NCBI GenBank assembly: GCA_035524255.1 | Contig: DATKPG010000007.1 | Location: forward strand, 3,270-67,269 | Reading direction: 5' to 3' | DNA: 64,000 nt | Source of the DNA: Smithella sp. | GTDB lineage: Bacteria > Desulfobacterota > Syntrophia > Syntrophales > Smithellaceae | Part shown: positions 28,003 through 37,323 of the stretch, piece by piece | Layout: each line of letters begins with the position of its first letter | How positions within the stretch are numbered: position 1 is the first letter of the stretch | The notes under the pieces: model-generated | The model's input: only the letters and a program-made list of their open reading frames with translations | Databases searched by the model: none | Told to the model about the DNA's origin: nothing | Made by a program: the position numbers and the translations under genes

Positions 28003-28983
28003 CTATTTAATGTAAAGTTCCGTTTTGTAATGATGCAGATTGTCTTTTATCCAGTCAATGGTTTGTTTGAGCCCCTGCCGCAGCGTAAACCGCGGCTGCC
28101 ATTTTGTGTTTTGCGCGAGTTTGCTGTTGTCGCAATACAGTCTTTCGACTTCGCTTTTTGGGGGCCGCTTGCGGTCTTTGGAGAGATGAAAACCGATTTT
28201 TACCCCGCAAATATCCGCTATTTCCAGCGCGAGATCTTTTACGGATATTTCAAATCCGGAGCCGATGTTCGTGACGGAGCCGCTCAGTTTTTTGCAGCGG
28301 GAAATTTTAATCATGCCATCCACCGTATCCGTTACATACGTCAGGTCCCTGGTGGGAGAAAGATTGCCCAGATTTAACGATCTCCTCCCTGCCAGAATCT
28401 GGCCCGCGATGGTGGGAATAATCGCTCTTGATGACTGGCGCGGGCCGAACGTATTGAACGGCCTGGCGATTTTGACAGGTAGTCCGAAAGATAACCAGTA
28501 ACTGAGCGCCAGTTGATCGGCGGCAACTTTGGACGCGGAGTAGGGCGATTGTCCGACGAGGGGATGATTTTCGGTTATGGGAACGAACTGCGCGGTTCCA
28601 TAAGTTTCACTGGTGGATGTGACCATGATATTGCCGATATTTAAATCACGGGCATTTTCCAGCACATTATAGGTTCCTTCAATATTTGTTTTAATATAGG
28701 CCAGCGGCGAATCGTAGGAATAGGGGATGCCGATCAACGCGGCGAGATGAAAAACTTCCCGGCAGCCTTTCATGGCCCTGCGGACGGAATCGAAATCCCG
28801 TATATCGCCGCTGAATATTTCCATATCTTTGATGAATGGAGAATGCTCCAGCCAACCCCAGTCGCTTTCGGAATTATAGCGGACAAAAGCCCGGACGTCA
28901 TATCCCAGCTTTGTGAGTCTCTCCGCCAGATGGCTGCCGATGAATCCTCCCGCGCCTGTAACCAGTATTTTTTTCGCGCTCAT
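28003..28983 (-). CDS. NAD-dependent sugar epimerase/dehydratase (extended SDR)
   Basis: 326 aa with 'KILVTGAGGFIGSHL' Rossmann motif, 'TSTSETYG' and the catalytic 'YSASKVAADQL' (YxxxK). Confidence 0.88.
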   Translation of the reverse strand: MSAKKILVTGAGGFIGSHLAERLTKLGYDVRAFVRYNSESDWGWLEHSPFIKDMEIFSGDIRDFDSVRRAMKGCREVFHLAALIGIPYSYDSPLAYIKTNIEGTYNVLENARDLNIGNIMVTSTSETYGTAQFVPITENHPLVGQSPYSASKVAADQLALSYWLSFGLPVKIARPFNTFGPRQSSRAIIPTIAGQILAGRRSLNLGNLSPTRDLTYVTDTVDGMIKISRCKKLSGSVTNIGSGFEISVKDLALEIADICGVKIGFHLSKDRKRPPKSEVERLYCDNSKLAQNTKWQPRFTLRQGLKQTIDWIKDNLHHYKTELYIK

Positions 28984-30146
28984 CTCTTATGCAGTAGCTC
29001 CTTTATTTTTTCATAAATGGTTTTCGCGCCATTCTCAACAGACAGGATGGTTGCCAGCTCTTCATATCTTGCTTTATCGTAAAACGAATCCCGCGTTTTT
29101 GAATCGCTCATGGAAACCAGAGCCTCCGCGAGTTTATCATAATCTTCCGGCGGAATAATATAGCCTAAATTATACTTTCGCGCAAGAAATCCCATGTCTC
29201 CCACATTGGTTAATATTAAAGGTTTCCCGGCATTTACAGCTTCCAGCATGATCATGGGGATGCTCTCCGAGCGAGATGGTATGACAATACTGTCAACTTT
29301 TTGCAAAAGATACGTTATGTCTCCGTCTTCGAGATGTCCGGTTAATATCACATCGTTTTGGATGGAATAACGCTCGATGAGCCCTGCCAGATTATTTTTT
29401 TCATCGCCCGATCCCACAAGATAACAGCGAAACGCCGCTCCCTTACGGCGCAATATATCGCAGGCCCTGATAAGAATGTCCTGTCCCTTAACAGGATGAA
29501 GACGGCCGACTAAGCAGAAGGTAAAGCGGTTGGAATCATCGGCAAAAGAGAAATCCGATCTTTTGTCATCCGGATATCTCGCGGTTGCCGCGAAATGACA
29601 GGGTTTGCCATCCGCCAGAGCGGACGTCCTTTCGCACAAATCAAGTCCGTCGGCAAATAAAAGAGAACTGTTTTTCGCGACATTTTTGATGATTGGCATT
29701 AGCAAAGCATTTTCGGCCGCCACGTAGACATCCGAGCCTAACGCGCGGCAACAGTAAGGCGTCTTTGTCGCGAAAGACAGCAATCGCGCGAGGAGTCCCG
29801 CTGGAATCAGCCACTCTGCAAATAGAATATCGGGCTTCCACTTGCGGCATATAGACCTGCCTGCCCTAAAACCGCGCAGAAAATACTGGAGCGCAAGAAT
29901 AAGTCCGTAGGGTCCGCGATTCTTAAATAACGATACAAGAGGGGTATCGCCTCCGCCCCATCCAAAATAGGTCACCCGGCAGCCGGGCCATAATTCTTCG
30001 TGATGCGTCTTGGGGGAGTCACAGTTTTGAGTTAAGACATGGACATCTACACCCAGTTTATTTAAATGGCGGATTGTATCGGGAATGAACATGCCGCTGA
30101 TTCGTCCGGACCGGGGGAAACTGCTTGTCAGCAGCAGCATCTTCAT
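28980..30146 (-). CDS. GT-B glycosyltransferase (GT4-like)
   Basis: 388 aa. The C-terminal half, '[11 protein letters not shown]...[32 protein letters not shown]', is the typical GT4 E-x7-E region. 4-nt overlaps on both sides. Confidence 0.8.
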   Translation of the reverse strand: MKMLLLTSSFPRSGRISGMFIPDTIRHLNKLGVDVHVLTQNCDSPKTHHEELWPGCRVTYFGWGGGDTPLVSLFKNRGPYGLILALQYFLRGFRAGRSICRKWKPDILFAEWLIPAGLLARLLSFATKTPYCCRALGSDVYVAAENALLMPIIKNVAKNSSLLFADGLDLCERTSALADGKPCHFAATARYPDDKRSDFSFADDSNRFTFCLVGRLHPVKGQDILIRACDILRRKGAAFRCYLVGSGDEKNNLAGLIERYSIQNDVILTGHLEDGDITYLLQKVDSIVIPSRSESIPMIMLEAVNAGKPLILTNVGDMGFLARKYNLGYIIPPEDYDKLAEALVSMSDSKTRDSFYDKARYEELATILSVENGAKTIYEKIKELLHKR

Positions 30147-31732
30147 TTTATTTTACCCAGTGTTTTTTTATGGTTGAATTTATAACGGGTGCCGCAGGAG
30201 GGGCATTCGAATTTTTTATTGAGTTGATAACCGCAGGCGCACATCCAGCCCTTCTGGAGGGCGGGATTGCCTATCATTAAAGCGTGATCGGGAACATCCT
30301 TTGTAACGACGGCGCCGGCGGCGATAAAAGCATAACTTCCGATAGTGTGTCCGCAGACGATGGTTGAATTGGCGCCAAGGGACGCGCCCTTTTTGACCGA
30401 TGTGGGCCTGATCTCATCCATCCGGCGAATTTCGGAGCGCGGATTTATCACATTGGTAAAGACGGCCGAGGGTCCGCAAAATACAAAGTCTTCAAGCGTT
30501 ACGCCCTTATAGACCGAAACGTTATTTTGAATTTTACAGCCGTTACCGATGACGGCGTCGGGGCCGATCACAACATTCTGGCCGATCGAGCAGTTTTTGC
30601 CGATGCGTGAACCGGAAATGACGTGTGAATAATGCCATATCTTTGTTCCCGCGCCGATTTCGACGTCATCGTCGATTTCCGACGTCGGATGAACCGATAC
30701 AGAATCATCACCGGTTTTATCAAGAGCGCCGTTTTGCAGCCTTATTCTCGTCGCGTTTTCGTTTAAAGAATGCTGGGCGGCATTGAGAACTTTAAGCACC
30801 CGCAATCCTTCCTTGCCATTCGTTACAGGTTGTTTTTTCCCCGCGATGCAGTCAAGAAAATGCTGGCATTCCACCTTCAGGGGTTCCGCGTAAGGCACAG
30901 ACACTTTTTCCGGCACTCCGCGAGCCGGTATGGGAAGATTATTTTCCCAGTTGACGTGATGAGGATAGACGAGCAGTTTTTCTTCCCAGGGAAGCGTGTC
31001 GTCAAAAACAGCCATTTTCTGATCTCCGACAATCACCAGTTTTTGATCTTTAAAGGGGTGAAGCCAGGACACAAAAACATGCGCTTTGAGGCCGGAAGAA
31101 AATTCCAGATGGGTGGTGGTGACATCGGCTATTTTCTTATGCAGGTAATAACCGCCTGTGGCCAGGACACTTTCCGGTTCTTCGTCCGCGAGAGCAAGAA
31201 TCATCGATATATCGTGCGGCGCGAACGACCATAGAATGTTCTCTTCTCTTCTGATTTTACCGAGGTTGAGTCTGTGGGAATAAATATAATTGATGCGCCC
31301 TAAATCGCCCGCGGATGCCATTTGCTTGATTTTTATAAAAGCCGGATGATACTGGAGGAGATGTCCGACCATCAATATCAACTTATGTTTCGCGGCCAGG
31401 GCAATCAGTTCTTCCGCGTCTTTCTCGGTCAGCGTCATCGGTTTTTCCACAAAAACATGTTTGCCGGACAGCAGAGCTTCTCTCGCCTGTAAAAAATGAG
31501 TTTCCGCGGGGGTGGCGATGACGATTCCATCGATGTCTTTGCGGGAAATTACATCTTTGATAGACGTTCCGGTGTCGCAGGAGGGATAGAGCGTTTTGAT
31601 TTGTTGCAACGCCTGCGCGTTCTTATCGATGACAGCCTTTAACGAACCCAGTTCAAAAAAATTCCGGATTAAATTTTTCCCCCAGTAGCCCGCGCCGGCA
31701 ACGGCAATATTTTGTTTTGTTTTTTTCGTCAT
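30143..31732 (-). CDS. Fusion: Gfo/Idh/MocA NAD(P) sugar oxidoreductase + left-handed beta-helix (hexapeptide) N-acetyltransferase + C-terminal 4-Cys ribbon
   Basis: 529 aa. N-terminus '[17 protein letters not shown]...VFVEKPMTL' is Gfo/Idh/MocA-like. Residues ~350-490 show hexapeptide periodicity ('[49 protein letters not shown]'). The tail '[22 protein letters not shown]' has CxC...CxxC. Confidence 0.8.
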   Translation of the reverse strand: MTKKTKQNIAVAGAGYWGKNLIRNFFELGSLKAVIDKNAQALQQIKTLYPSCDTGTSIKDVISRKDIDGIVIATPAETHFLQAREALLSGKHVFVEKPMTLTEKDAEELIALAAKHKLILMVGHLLQYHPAFIKIKQMASAGDLGRINYIYSHRLNLGKIRREENILWSFAPHDISMILALADEEPESVLATGGYYLHKKIADVTTTHLEFSSGLKAHVFVSWLHPFKDQKLVIVGDQKMAVFDDTLPWEEKLLVYPHHVNWENNLPIPARGVPEKVSVPYAEPLKVECQHFLDCIAGKKQPVTNGKEGLRVLKVLNAAQHSLNENATRIRLQNGALDKTGDDSVSVHPTSEIDDDVEIGAGTKIWHYSHVISGSRIGKNCSIGQNVVIGPDAVIGNGCKIQNNVSVYKGVTLEDFVFCGPSAVFTNVINPRSEIRRMDEIRPTSVKKGASLGANSTIVCGHTIGSYAFIAAGAVVTKDVPDHALMIGNPALQKGWMCACGYQLNKKFECPSCGTRYKFNHKKTLGKIK

Positions 31733-31756
31733 TTTAAGCTCTTCCCCCGGGCGTGT

Positions 31757-32857
31757 TTAAGATTTGTAAAGCCGTTCGTTATCCTGAATATCCATCCACA
31801 TGGCAAACAGAAGCGACTGAAAGCTGCTGGTAAACAGAAAGAAAAAAGCAAGCATGGTGGCCGGTGAAACGGAGCCGCCGGAGATCATGATGGAAATTAT
31901 TTTACAGGCGTAGGGTATTGTAAAAATACCTATGAAAAAGGAAAAATGATAAAGCAAAAAAAGCGGATGAAAGTCACGGAAAAGATACTTTATCCACAGC
32001 CTTTTGAAAAAAGATTTAAAAAGCAGCCATGCAATGCGGGGAATCACCTTATGCACTTTCATTTTGGACGTTTCGCCGATGTTGTAAACCGGTTTTATTT
32101 TAACTTCCTTCAGGGTGCAGAAGGCTATATTTAATTTGACGAGCATATCATTGGGCATGCCGTACCGGGGATAAATATCATGGATCGTAATCGCGCTTAA
32201 TGCGGAAAGGGAAATGGCGGTATAACCGGTTTGAGTGTCGGACACGTGCCAGAAACCGGAAGCAATTTTGGTCAATATGGACAAAATTGAATTGCCGAAG
32301 AAGCGGGTTTTGGGCATCACAAGCCTCGCGCCGCCGTGAATAAGACGGTTCCCTTTTACATAATCAATATCTTCGGTCAGAACGGGTACGCAAATCGATT
32401 TTAACTCAGCCGGATCCATTTGACCGTCACCCGCCATAACGGCCGTGCAATCGATTGCGTGATCCAGGCACCATTTGTAGCCGCGGGCGATTGCCGCGCC
32501 CACGCCTCCGTTTTTCAGATTATTGATTAAAATGACGCGATCGGAATCAGGATTTTTATTGGCTATTTCCGAAGGGATATAATAGCCCATGTCCGTTTGC
32601 TGTTTTTCTTTGAGCATATTTTCCGCGCGATCATACTTGCTTTGGCAGGCAATCCCCTCGTTATTATTAAGAATTGATTGAACGGGCCCCTGCCTACTGA
32701 TATAATCCAGAACCACCGTGGCTGTATTATCGCCGGAACAATCGTTGACAACGATTACGCGATCGACAAAATCAGGCATGGTTTCCAAAACCTGCCGGAT
32801 TTGTTTTTCTTCATTATACGCGGGAACGACAACGGCAACAGTTTTATTAAGTAACAT
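31757..32857 (-). CDS. Membrane-anchored GT2 (GT-A) glycosyltransferase, polyprenyl-phosphate-sugar synthase-like architecture
   Basis: 366 aa with 'VAVVVPAYNEEKQI', 'VIVVNDCSGDNT' and 'MAGDGQMDP' (DxD-type), plus C-terminal hydrophobic helices ('LFLLYHFSFFIGIFTIPYACKIISIMI', 'MLAFFFLFTSSFQSLLFAMWM'). RBS GGGAG. First gene of the minus-strand block. Confidence 0.75.
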   Translation of the reverse strand: MLLNKTVAVVVPAYNEEKQIRQVLETMPDFVDRVIVVNDCSGDNTATVVLDYISRQGPVQSILNNNEGIACQSKYDRAENMLKEKQQTDMGYYIPSEIANKNPDSDRVILINNLKNGGVGAAIARGYKWCLDHAIDCTAVMAGDGQMDPAELKSICVPVLTEDIDYVKGNRLIHGGARLVMPKTRFFGNSILSILTKIASGFWHVSDTQTGYTAISLSALSAITIHDIYPRYGMPNDMLVKLNIAFCTLKEVKIKPVYNIGETSKMKVHKVIPRIAWLLFKSFFKRLWIKYLFRDFHPLFLLYHFSFFIGIFTIPYACKIISIMISGGSVSPATMLAFFFLFTSSFQSLLFAMWMDIQDNERLYKS

Positions 32858-33207
32858 CGAATACGGCTCCCATTTTCAGGCGTGTATGCAACTTACTATT
32901 TTTATGATCATTTGTCCAAAAAAATTTCACGATTATCTTTCTTTAAGGGATTGATATTCAACTTTACGGGTATTATATTAAACCGGCGTTCCAAAGGTGG
33001 AGGCGGCAAGTAATCGTAAATCGGGCAACCGGCCCCCGGCCTTGCGCGGGTGCCATTATGAGCCCGGGGTGGCCTGTAGACGATGAAATATCATCGAAAA
33101 ATGTCCTTTGAACAGATGGCGGAGTTGCCGCAAATCTATGGGCGCGTTAAAATGAGCCTCTGCTTTGGAGTGGAGTATTTGAAAAAAATGGTTAAAAATT
33201 AAATATT

Positions 33208-33239
33208 TTGTAACTTTTTTTTCAAAAAAGTTGTATAAT
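33208..33239 (+). promoter_or_regulatory. Possible promoter of the minor-pilin operon
   Basis: Perfect -10 TATAAT (33234-33239) immediately preceded by TG. The only -35-like hexamer, TTGTAA (33208-33213), sits at a non-optimal 20-nt spacing. Confidence 0.3.
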
Positions 33240-33301
33240 AACGTATCAAGAAAAAATGTAGTGCTTGTCCTTATCAAAAAGAGATTGGAATTGAGACCGG
33301 T

Positions 33302-33778
33302 ATGATAAGAAGAAGACAAATCGTTAAAAACAGACTGAAAAATAATAGTGGTTTCACAATGATTGAGACTATTGCCGTAATGGTCATTCTCATCATTTTA
33401 GCCGCCATCGCCGTCACCCGCGGCCTGTCCACGCAAAATGATCTTATTCCTCAGGCGGATACCGTGAAAACGCACCTGAGATTTGCCGAGATGAAAGCGT
33501 TGAATGATGATGTCAATACCTGGAGCGTGGCTTTTACACCCACTAACTATACCCTGTCCTGCACGGGTTCAAACTGCCCTACAAAGGCAATACAACTGCC
33601 GTCTGAAAGTTCCAACACCCATACTTTCCCAAGCGATGTTACGGTAAATACGGCTGCGAACGTTACTTTTGATAGTTGGGGGAGCCCCGGCGGTAGCAAT
33701 GTGGTCATCAATCTTGTGCAGGGCTCTCAGACCATTCCCATTACTATTGCCGCAAATACAGGATATATAACGCCATGA
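33302..33778 (+). CDS. Minor pilin / pseudopilin (GspH/FimT-like size class)
   Basis: 158 aa with prepilin leader MIRRRQIVKNRLKNNSG|FTMIETIAVMVILIILAAIAV (Gly-1, Phe+1, Glu+5). Confidence 0.85.
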   Translation: MIRRRQIVKNRLKNNSGFTMIETIAVMVILIILAAIAVTRGLSTQNDLIPQADTVKTHLRFAEMKALNDDVNTWSVAFTPTNYTLSCTGSNCPTKAIQLPSESSNTHTFPSDVTVNTAANVTFDSWGSPGGSNVVINLVQGSQTIPITIAANTGYITP

Positions 33779-34686
33779 AAACAATGAAAAATATTTTAGA
33801 GCGCGGGTTCACTCTGATAGAAGTGATCATTACCCTTGTCGCGATCGCGCTTGTCGCGGCCATGATGGCAGTCTATTTCGGAACATCAATTGAGCAAAGC
33901 TCTTCACCCATTGCCAAATTAAAAGCGGCAGAAAACCTGAATAAGATTATGGAAAAAATAACTGCCAACTATAATAATACTCCCGCGACCTGGAGCCCCA
34001 GCACCGCCTACACGTTGAGTTCCAATACGGATCCCCCCACCGTCGTTCTTCCCACGGAGGCCAATAGAAACGGAGTTCAGTATATTTGCACAACGCAGGG
34101 TACCAGCGGCGCCACTGAACCCACGTGGCCCATAACGGTCGGTTCTACGGTAAACGATGGCGGTGTAGTATGGACTTTCAGCGGCCCCACGCCGCCAAAT
34201 CTTTGGACGTCGGGTGCGTCATATACCTTAAATCAGATTATTTATCCTGCCAACGGGTATCAGTATATTTGCACCGTCGCCGGAACCAGCGGCACCACTG
34301 AACCCACGTGGCCTACAACGATAGGTTCAACAATTACCGAAACCACAGGGTCCACTCCCAAGGTGCAATGGAAATGCTACGGTCACCAGCCGCTGACTGC
34401 CTTGCAGACCAGAATCGGCGCGGAAGTAACGGGGGGGCAGGATTATACGCAGACCTTTAACGGCGTTTCCATAAGCTATCGCGTGATTCAGAACAGGTTC
34501 ATCACATTCGATGCCGGTGCGAACATCACGGAAGATGACACTTGCACGTCGAGTTCATGCAACATGGTAATATCCGGAGTGAATACTAACGTATATGGGA
34601 GATATCTCAAGGTTACTATTGGACTGCCGCTCACGGCATCTCCCAGAACGACGGATACCCTGACGACTTTATTTGTAAGGCGGTGA
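33775..34686 (+). CDS. Minor pilin with two internal carbohydrate-binding-like repeats
   Basis: 303 aa with leader MKTMKNILERG|FTLIEVIITLVAIALVAA. Two ~60-aa repeats end in 'YICT..GTSG.TEPTWP...GST'. Start overlaps the upstream stop (ATGA). Confidence 0.85.
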   Translation: MKTMKNILERGFTLIEVIITLVAIALVAAMMAVYFGTSIEQSSSPIAKLKAAENLNKIMEKITANYNNTPATWSPSTAYTLSSNTDPPTVVLPTEANRNGVQYICTTQGTSGATEPTWPITVGSTVNDGGVVWTFSGPTPPNLWTSGASYTLNQIIYPANGYQYICTVAGTSGTTEPTWPTTIGSTITETTGSTPKVQWKCYGHQPLTALQTRIGAEVTGGQDYTQTFNGVSISYRVIQNRFITFDAGANITEDDTCTSSSCNMVISGVNTNVYGRYLKVTIGLPLTASPRTTDTLTTLFVRR

Positions 34687-34689
34687 AAA

Positions 34690-35244
34690 ATGGTTCGTGA
34701 AATTACCGGGCGCCTGTTGGATGAGAAGGCATTCACACTGATTGAAATGATTGTCTCCCTGGTCCTGATCAGCATTTTTGCCACGGCTGCGGGGTTGGGC
34801 ATTGCTAAAATCAGTCAAGGCTATATTTTCGCGAAACAGGACACGGAAACCCAGCAGAAAGCGCAGGTCGCCATGGCCAGAATGGTCAAGGAACTGGGCT
34901 GGGCTGCGCCGCAGACCAGTACGGCAACCGCCATCACGGCAGCCACGGCATCTTCGGTTACTTACACACGGCCGCAATCCATAGGTTCAAGCACATTTGT
35001 GACAAATACTCTGACTATCTCCGGCTCTTCAGTCCTACTAAGCGGAAACGCCAGCGGAACCCTCGTTAACAATGTTGTAAGCGGCTCTTCCTCATTTGCT
35101 TATTATGATACCAACGGCGCGACGCTGGCCACGCCGGTGGCGCTTTCCAGAATCCGGCGGATTGATATCACGCTAAGTCTGACCGGCGCGGACAATTTAA
35201 CATCCCAGTTTACAAACAGCGTGTGGATAAATGAATCCTATTAG
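34690..35244 (+). CDS. Minor pilin (PilW/GspJ-like)
   Basis: 184 aa with '...LLDEKA|FTLIEMIVSLVLISIFATAAG'. It has Ala rather than Gly at -1, with Phe+1 and Glu+5 present. Confidence 0.75.
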   Translation: MVREITGRLLDEKAFTLIEMIVSLVLISIFATAAGLGIAKISQGYIFAKQDTETQQKAQVAMARMVKELGWAAPQTSTATAITAATASSVTYTRPQSIGSSTFVTNTLTISGSSVLLSGNASGTLVNNVVSGSSSFAYYDTNGATLATPVALSRIRRIDITLSLTGADNLTSQFTNSVWINESY

Positions 35245-35262
35245 CCATTAAGGGAGAATAAT

Positions 35263-37299
35263 ATGTGCCTTAAAAATAACAAAGGGAGTATCCTGATTAC
35301 ACTCATCGTTACCATACTTATTATGGCGGTGCTTGGTCTGGGCATCTACGGTCTGTTTTCATCCTCCACCATCAGTGAATTTCTGTCCAACAGAAACGAT
35401 AACGCGTATCAACTCGCGAAAGCCGGCATTCGTTACGCCGTCAACACCAACGGCGCCAACCTGGGCAACTTTTTTATGCCCGATGCCAAGCATGTATTTA
35501 ACCTTGCCAGAAACGGCCAGGTCATTACATCCACGGGTATCGTGAATGCGGGCACTTTTCTGGAGGCCAGGAGAGTGCTTACCTATACTCTTACGGGAGC
35601 ACTATACGATCCTCGTATTCATCAGAATGATCTTGTCGTCCCAACCAATAACAATATTGTCTCCAATCCAACGGGCGCGATCGCGATCAGCGGAACAACG
35701 ATCACGCTGGGCGGAAGCCAAAGCCCCGGCGTCTCTCAAAGTTATGCCGCCATCTGGTATAACGGGAATAATGCCAATGCCAGCTGCAACTCAGGCAACT
35801 GCTTATTCGGCACGGGCCTGCGAGCGTATTTTGAATTCCAGTTTCCCGGTACTACGGGTTCGGGCGATGGATTTACTTTCGCGATTATGAGCGCGCTGAC
35901 CAATACAAATACCCGCGTAGGGGGGTTTTCTAAAAATGACTTCCCCGGCACTTATACGCGTACAGACGGCACCCAAACATCGGTTGCCGGCGGTGAATTA
36001 CAGGGGTATGCCGGACCGGGCAATACGTATCTGTCGAATGGAACCGATGGCCAGGGGCTCCGGCCGCCGAAAATGGCCCTGCAGTTTGATACCTTTACAA
36101 ATTTGACCGGTTCACCCATATATCTCGCGGGGACCAGGAATGATCCGTCCTGTACGGCGACTTACGGCGATTATGTGGCCCTCCAGTTCTGGGGCGATTA
36201 TTTAACCGGCCAAAATACGCCAGCGCTTAATTATTCCGGAGGCGGGACGCGTATTTTCCCCTTGAGCAGTTTTGACGACAATATCCATGGCGCATATCCG
36301 GCAAGCGCCTATGGATCGTCCACCTCCTGTGTCAACGCGACGGCAAACGTAACCACAACACCCGCGACATCAATATCATGTCCGCCTGTAAATGGTCTCG
36401 GCGCGATGTGTTATTTACTGGAAGATCATCAGGTTCGTAGTTGCAGGATAGAAATTACCCGTCCGACGAGCGTTTCAAACAGCGGCGCCTGCGCGGGTAT
36501 GTACGCGTATCAAATCAATGTCTGGATCGAAGTTACAGGCAGTCTTTCCGGTCTTACGTTAAGCCATCTCCAGGATGTGCTTGTGCCGTTTGTCGATCCT
36601 AATACTCCCGCTATTTCTAAAAAAATCAGCCAGACGGTCTGCTTTACCTCGGCAGACAACTCTAACCTGGCAACCATCATTTGGGGTTTTACGCAAGGCA
36701 CGGGCGATGCCGTTCAGCAGGTGCCGATTACAAACTCCGATGTCTTTTTCCCGAATGCGGGGTCGTCAACATGCACTTATTCAATTAACCCCTCGAACGC
36801 GTATTTTCCGGTAGCGGGCGGATCAGGAACCGTTGCCGTGTCGTCTTCAAGCAATGTTTGTTACTGGGCGGTATCGAGCCTTGCCAGCTGGATCACCATT
36901 ACCTCAACTCCGTTATTCGGCTTAGGCAATGGAACGGTCAGCTATACCGTCGCCGCCAACAATACAGGAGCTATCCAGATCGGTGTTATGAACATAGCCG
37001 GACAGACCTTCACCGTCACACAATGCGGGTCTCTCTCCAGTTACACGATAACGAATAGTACAGGAGCGACAATTTACAGGCAGTCAGGAGGGAATTGTTC
37101 AAACGGAAATGCTATCTCTAACGGCAGCACGTATACACTATCTTCCAGTGGTACGGTTACGTTTTATCAAACCAGGGGCGGCGGTAACAGCTGCCAGGGC
37201 AATACAATTACCGTAACCGGCGCTCAGGCTCAGGCCGCGGATACTAATTGCGACGGTAACGTACAGATAAATAGTTCCTGGAGTTTGGTAGACAAATAA
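35263..37299 (+). CDS. Large PilX/GspK/MshQ-like pilus-associated protein with lectin-like (ConA-fold-like) and BACON/Ig-like modules; candidate tip adhesin
   Basis: 678 aa. The N-terminus MCLKNNKG|SILITLIVTILIMAVLGLG is a pilin-like helix lacking Glu+5, as in GspK/PilX. 'YFEFQFPGTTGSGDGFTFAI...ALQFDTFTN...NDP' is legume-lectin-like. 'CTYSINPS...GGSGTVAVSSSSNVCYWAVSS.ASWITIT...GNGTVSYTVAANNTG...GQTFTVTQ' follows. Confidence 0.7.
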   Translation: MCLKNNKGSILITLIVTILIMAVLGLGIYGLFSSSTISEFLSNRNDNAYQLAKAGIRYAVNTNGANLGNFFMPDAKHVFNLARNGQVITSTGIVNAGTFLEARRVLTYTLTGALYDPRIHQNDLVVPTNNNIVSNPTGAIAISGTTITLGGSQSPGVSQSYAAIWYNGNNANASCNSGNCLFGTGLRAYFEFQFPGTTGSGDGFTFAIMSALTNTNTRVGGFSKNDFPGTYTRTDGTQTSVAGGELQGYAGPGNTYLSNGTDGQGLRPPKMALQFDTFTNLTGSPIYLAGTRNDPSCTATYGDYVALQFWGDYLTGQNTPALNYSGGGTRIFPLSSFDDNIHGAYPASAYGSSTSCVNATANVTTTPATSISCPPVNGLGAMCYLLEDHQVRSCRIEITRPTSVSNSGACAGMYAYQINVWIEVTGSLSGLTLSHLQDVLVPFVDPNTPAISKKISQTVCFTSADNSNLATIIWGFTQGTGDAVQQVPITNSDVFFPNAGSSTCTYSINPSNAYFPVAGGSGTVAVSSSSNVCYWAVSSLASWITITSTPLFGLGNGTVSYTVAANNTGAIQIGVMNIAGQTFTVTQCGSLSSYTITNSTGATIYRQSGGNCSNGNAISNGSTYTLSSSGTVTFYQTRGGGNSCQGNTITVTGAQAQAADTNCDGNVQINSSWSLVDK

Positions 37300-37323
37300 T
37301 AAAAAAATCAAGCTTTACACAAA

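Noticed and set aside
32975-33090. GC-rich patch in the AT-rich divergent intergenic region (…GGCAACCGGCCCCCGGCCTTGCGCGGGTGCC…), considered as a c-di-GMP or other riboswitch in front of the glycosylation block
   Set aside because: Only short local hairpins (CCGG-CCC-CCGG) could be drawn, and it does not match the GEMM or other riboswitch consensus I can recall. An Infernal/Rfam scan is needed before any claim.
33056-33319. 87-aa minus-strand ORF in the divergent promoter region, plus small ORFs at 2949-3294 and 4937-5161
   Set aside because: These sit in AT-rich intergenic DNA, with no RBS, no motif, and composition unlike neighbouring genes.
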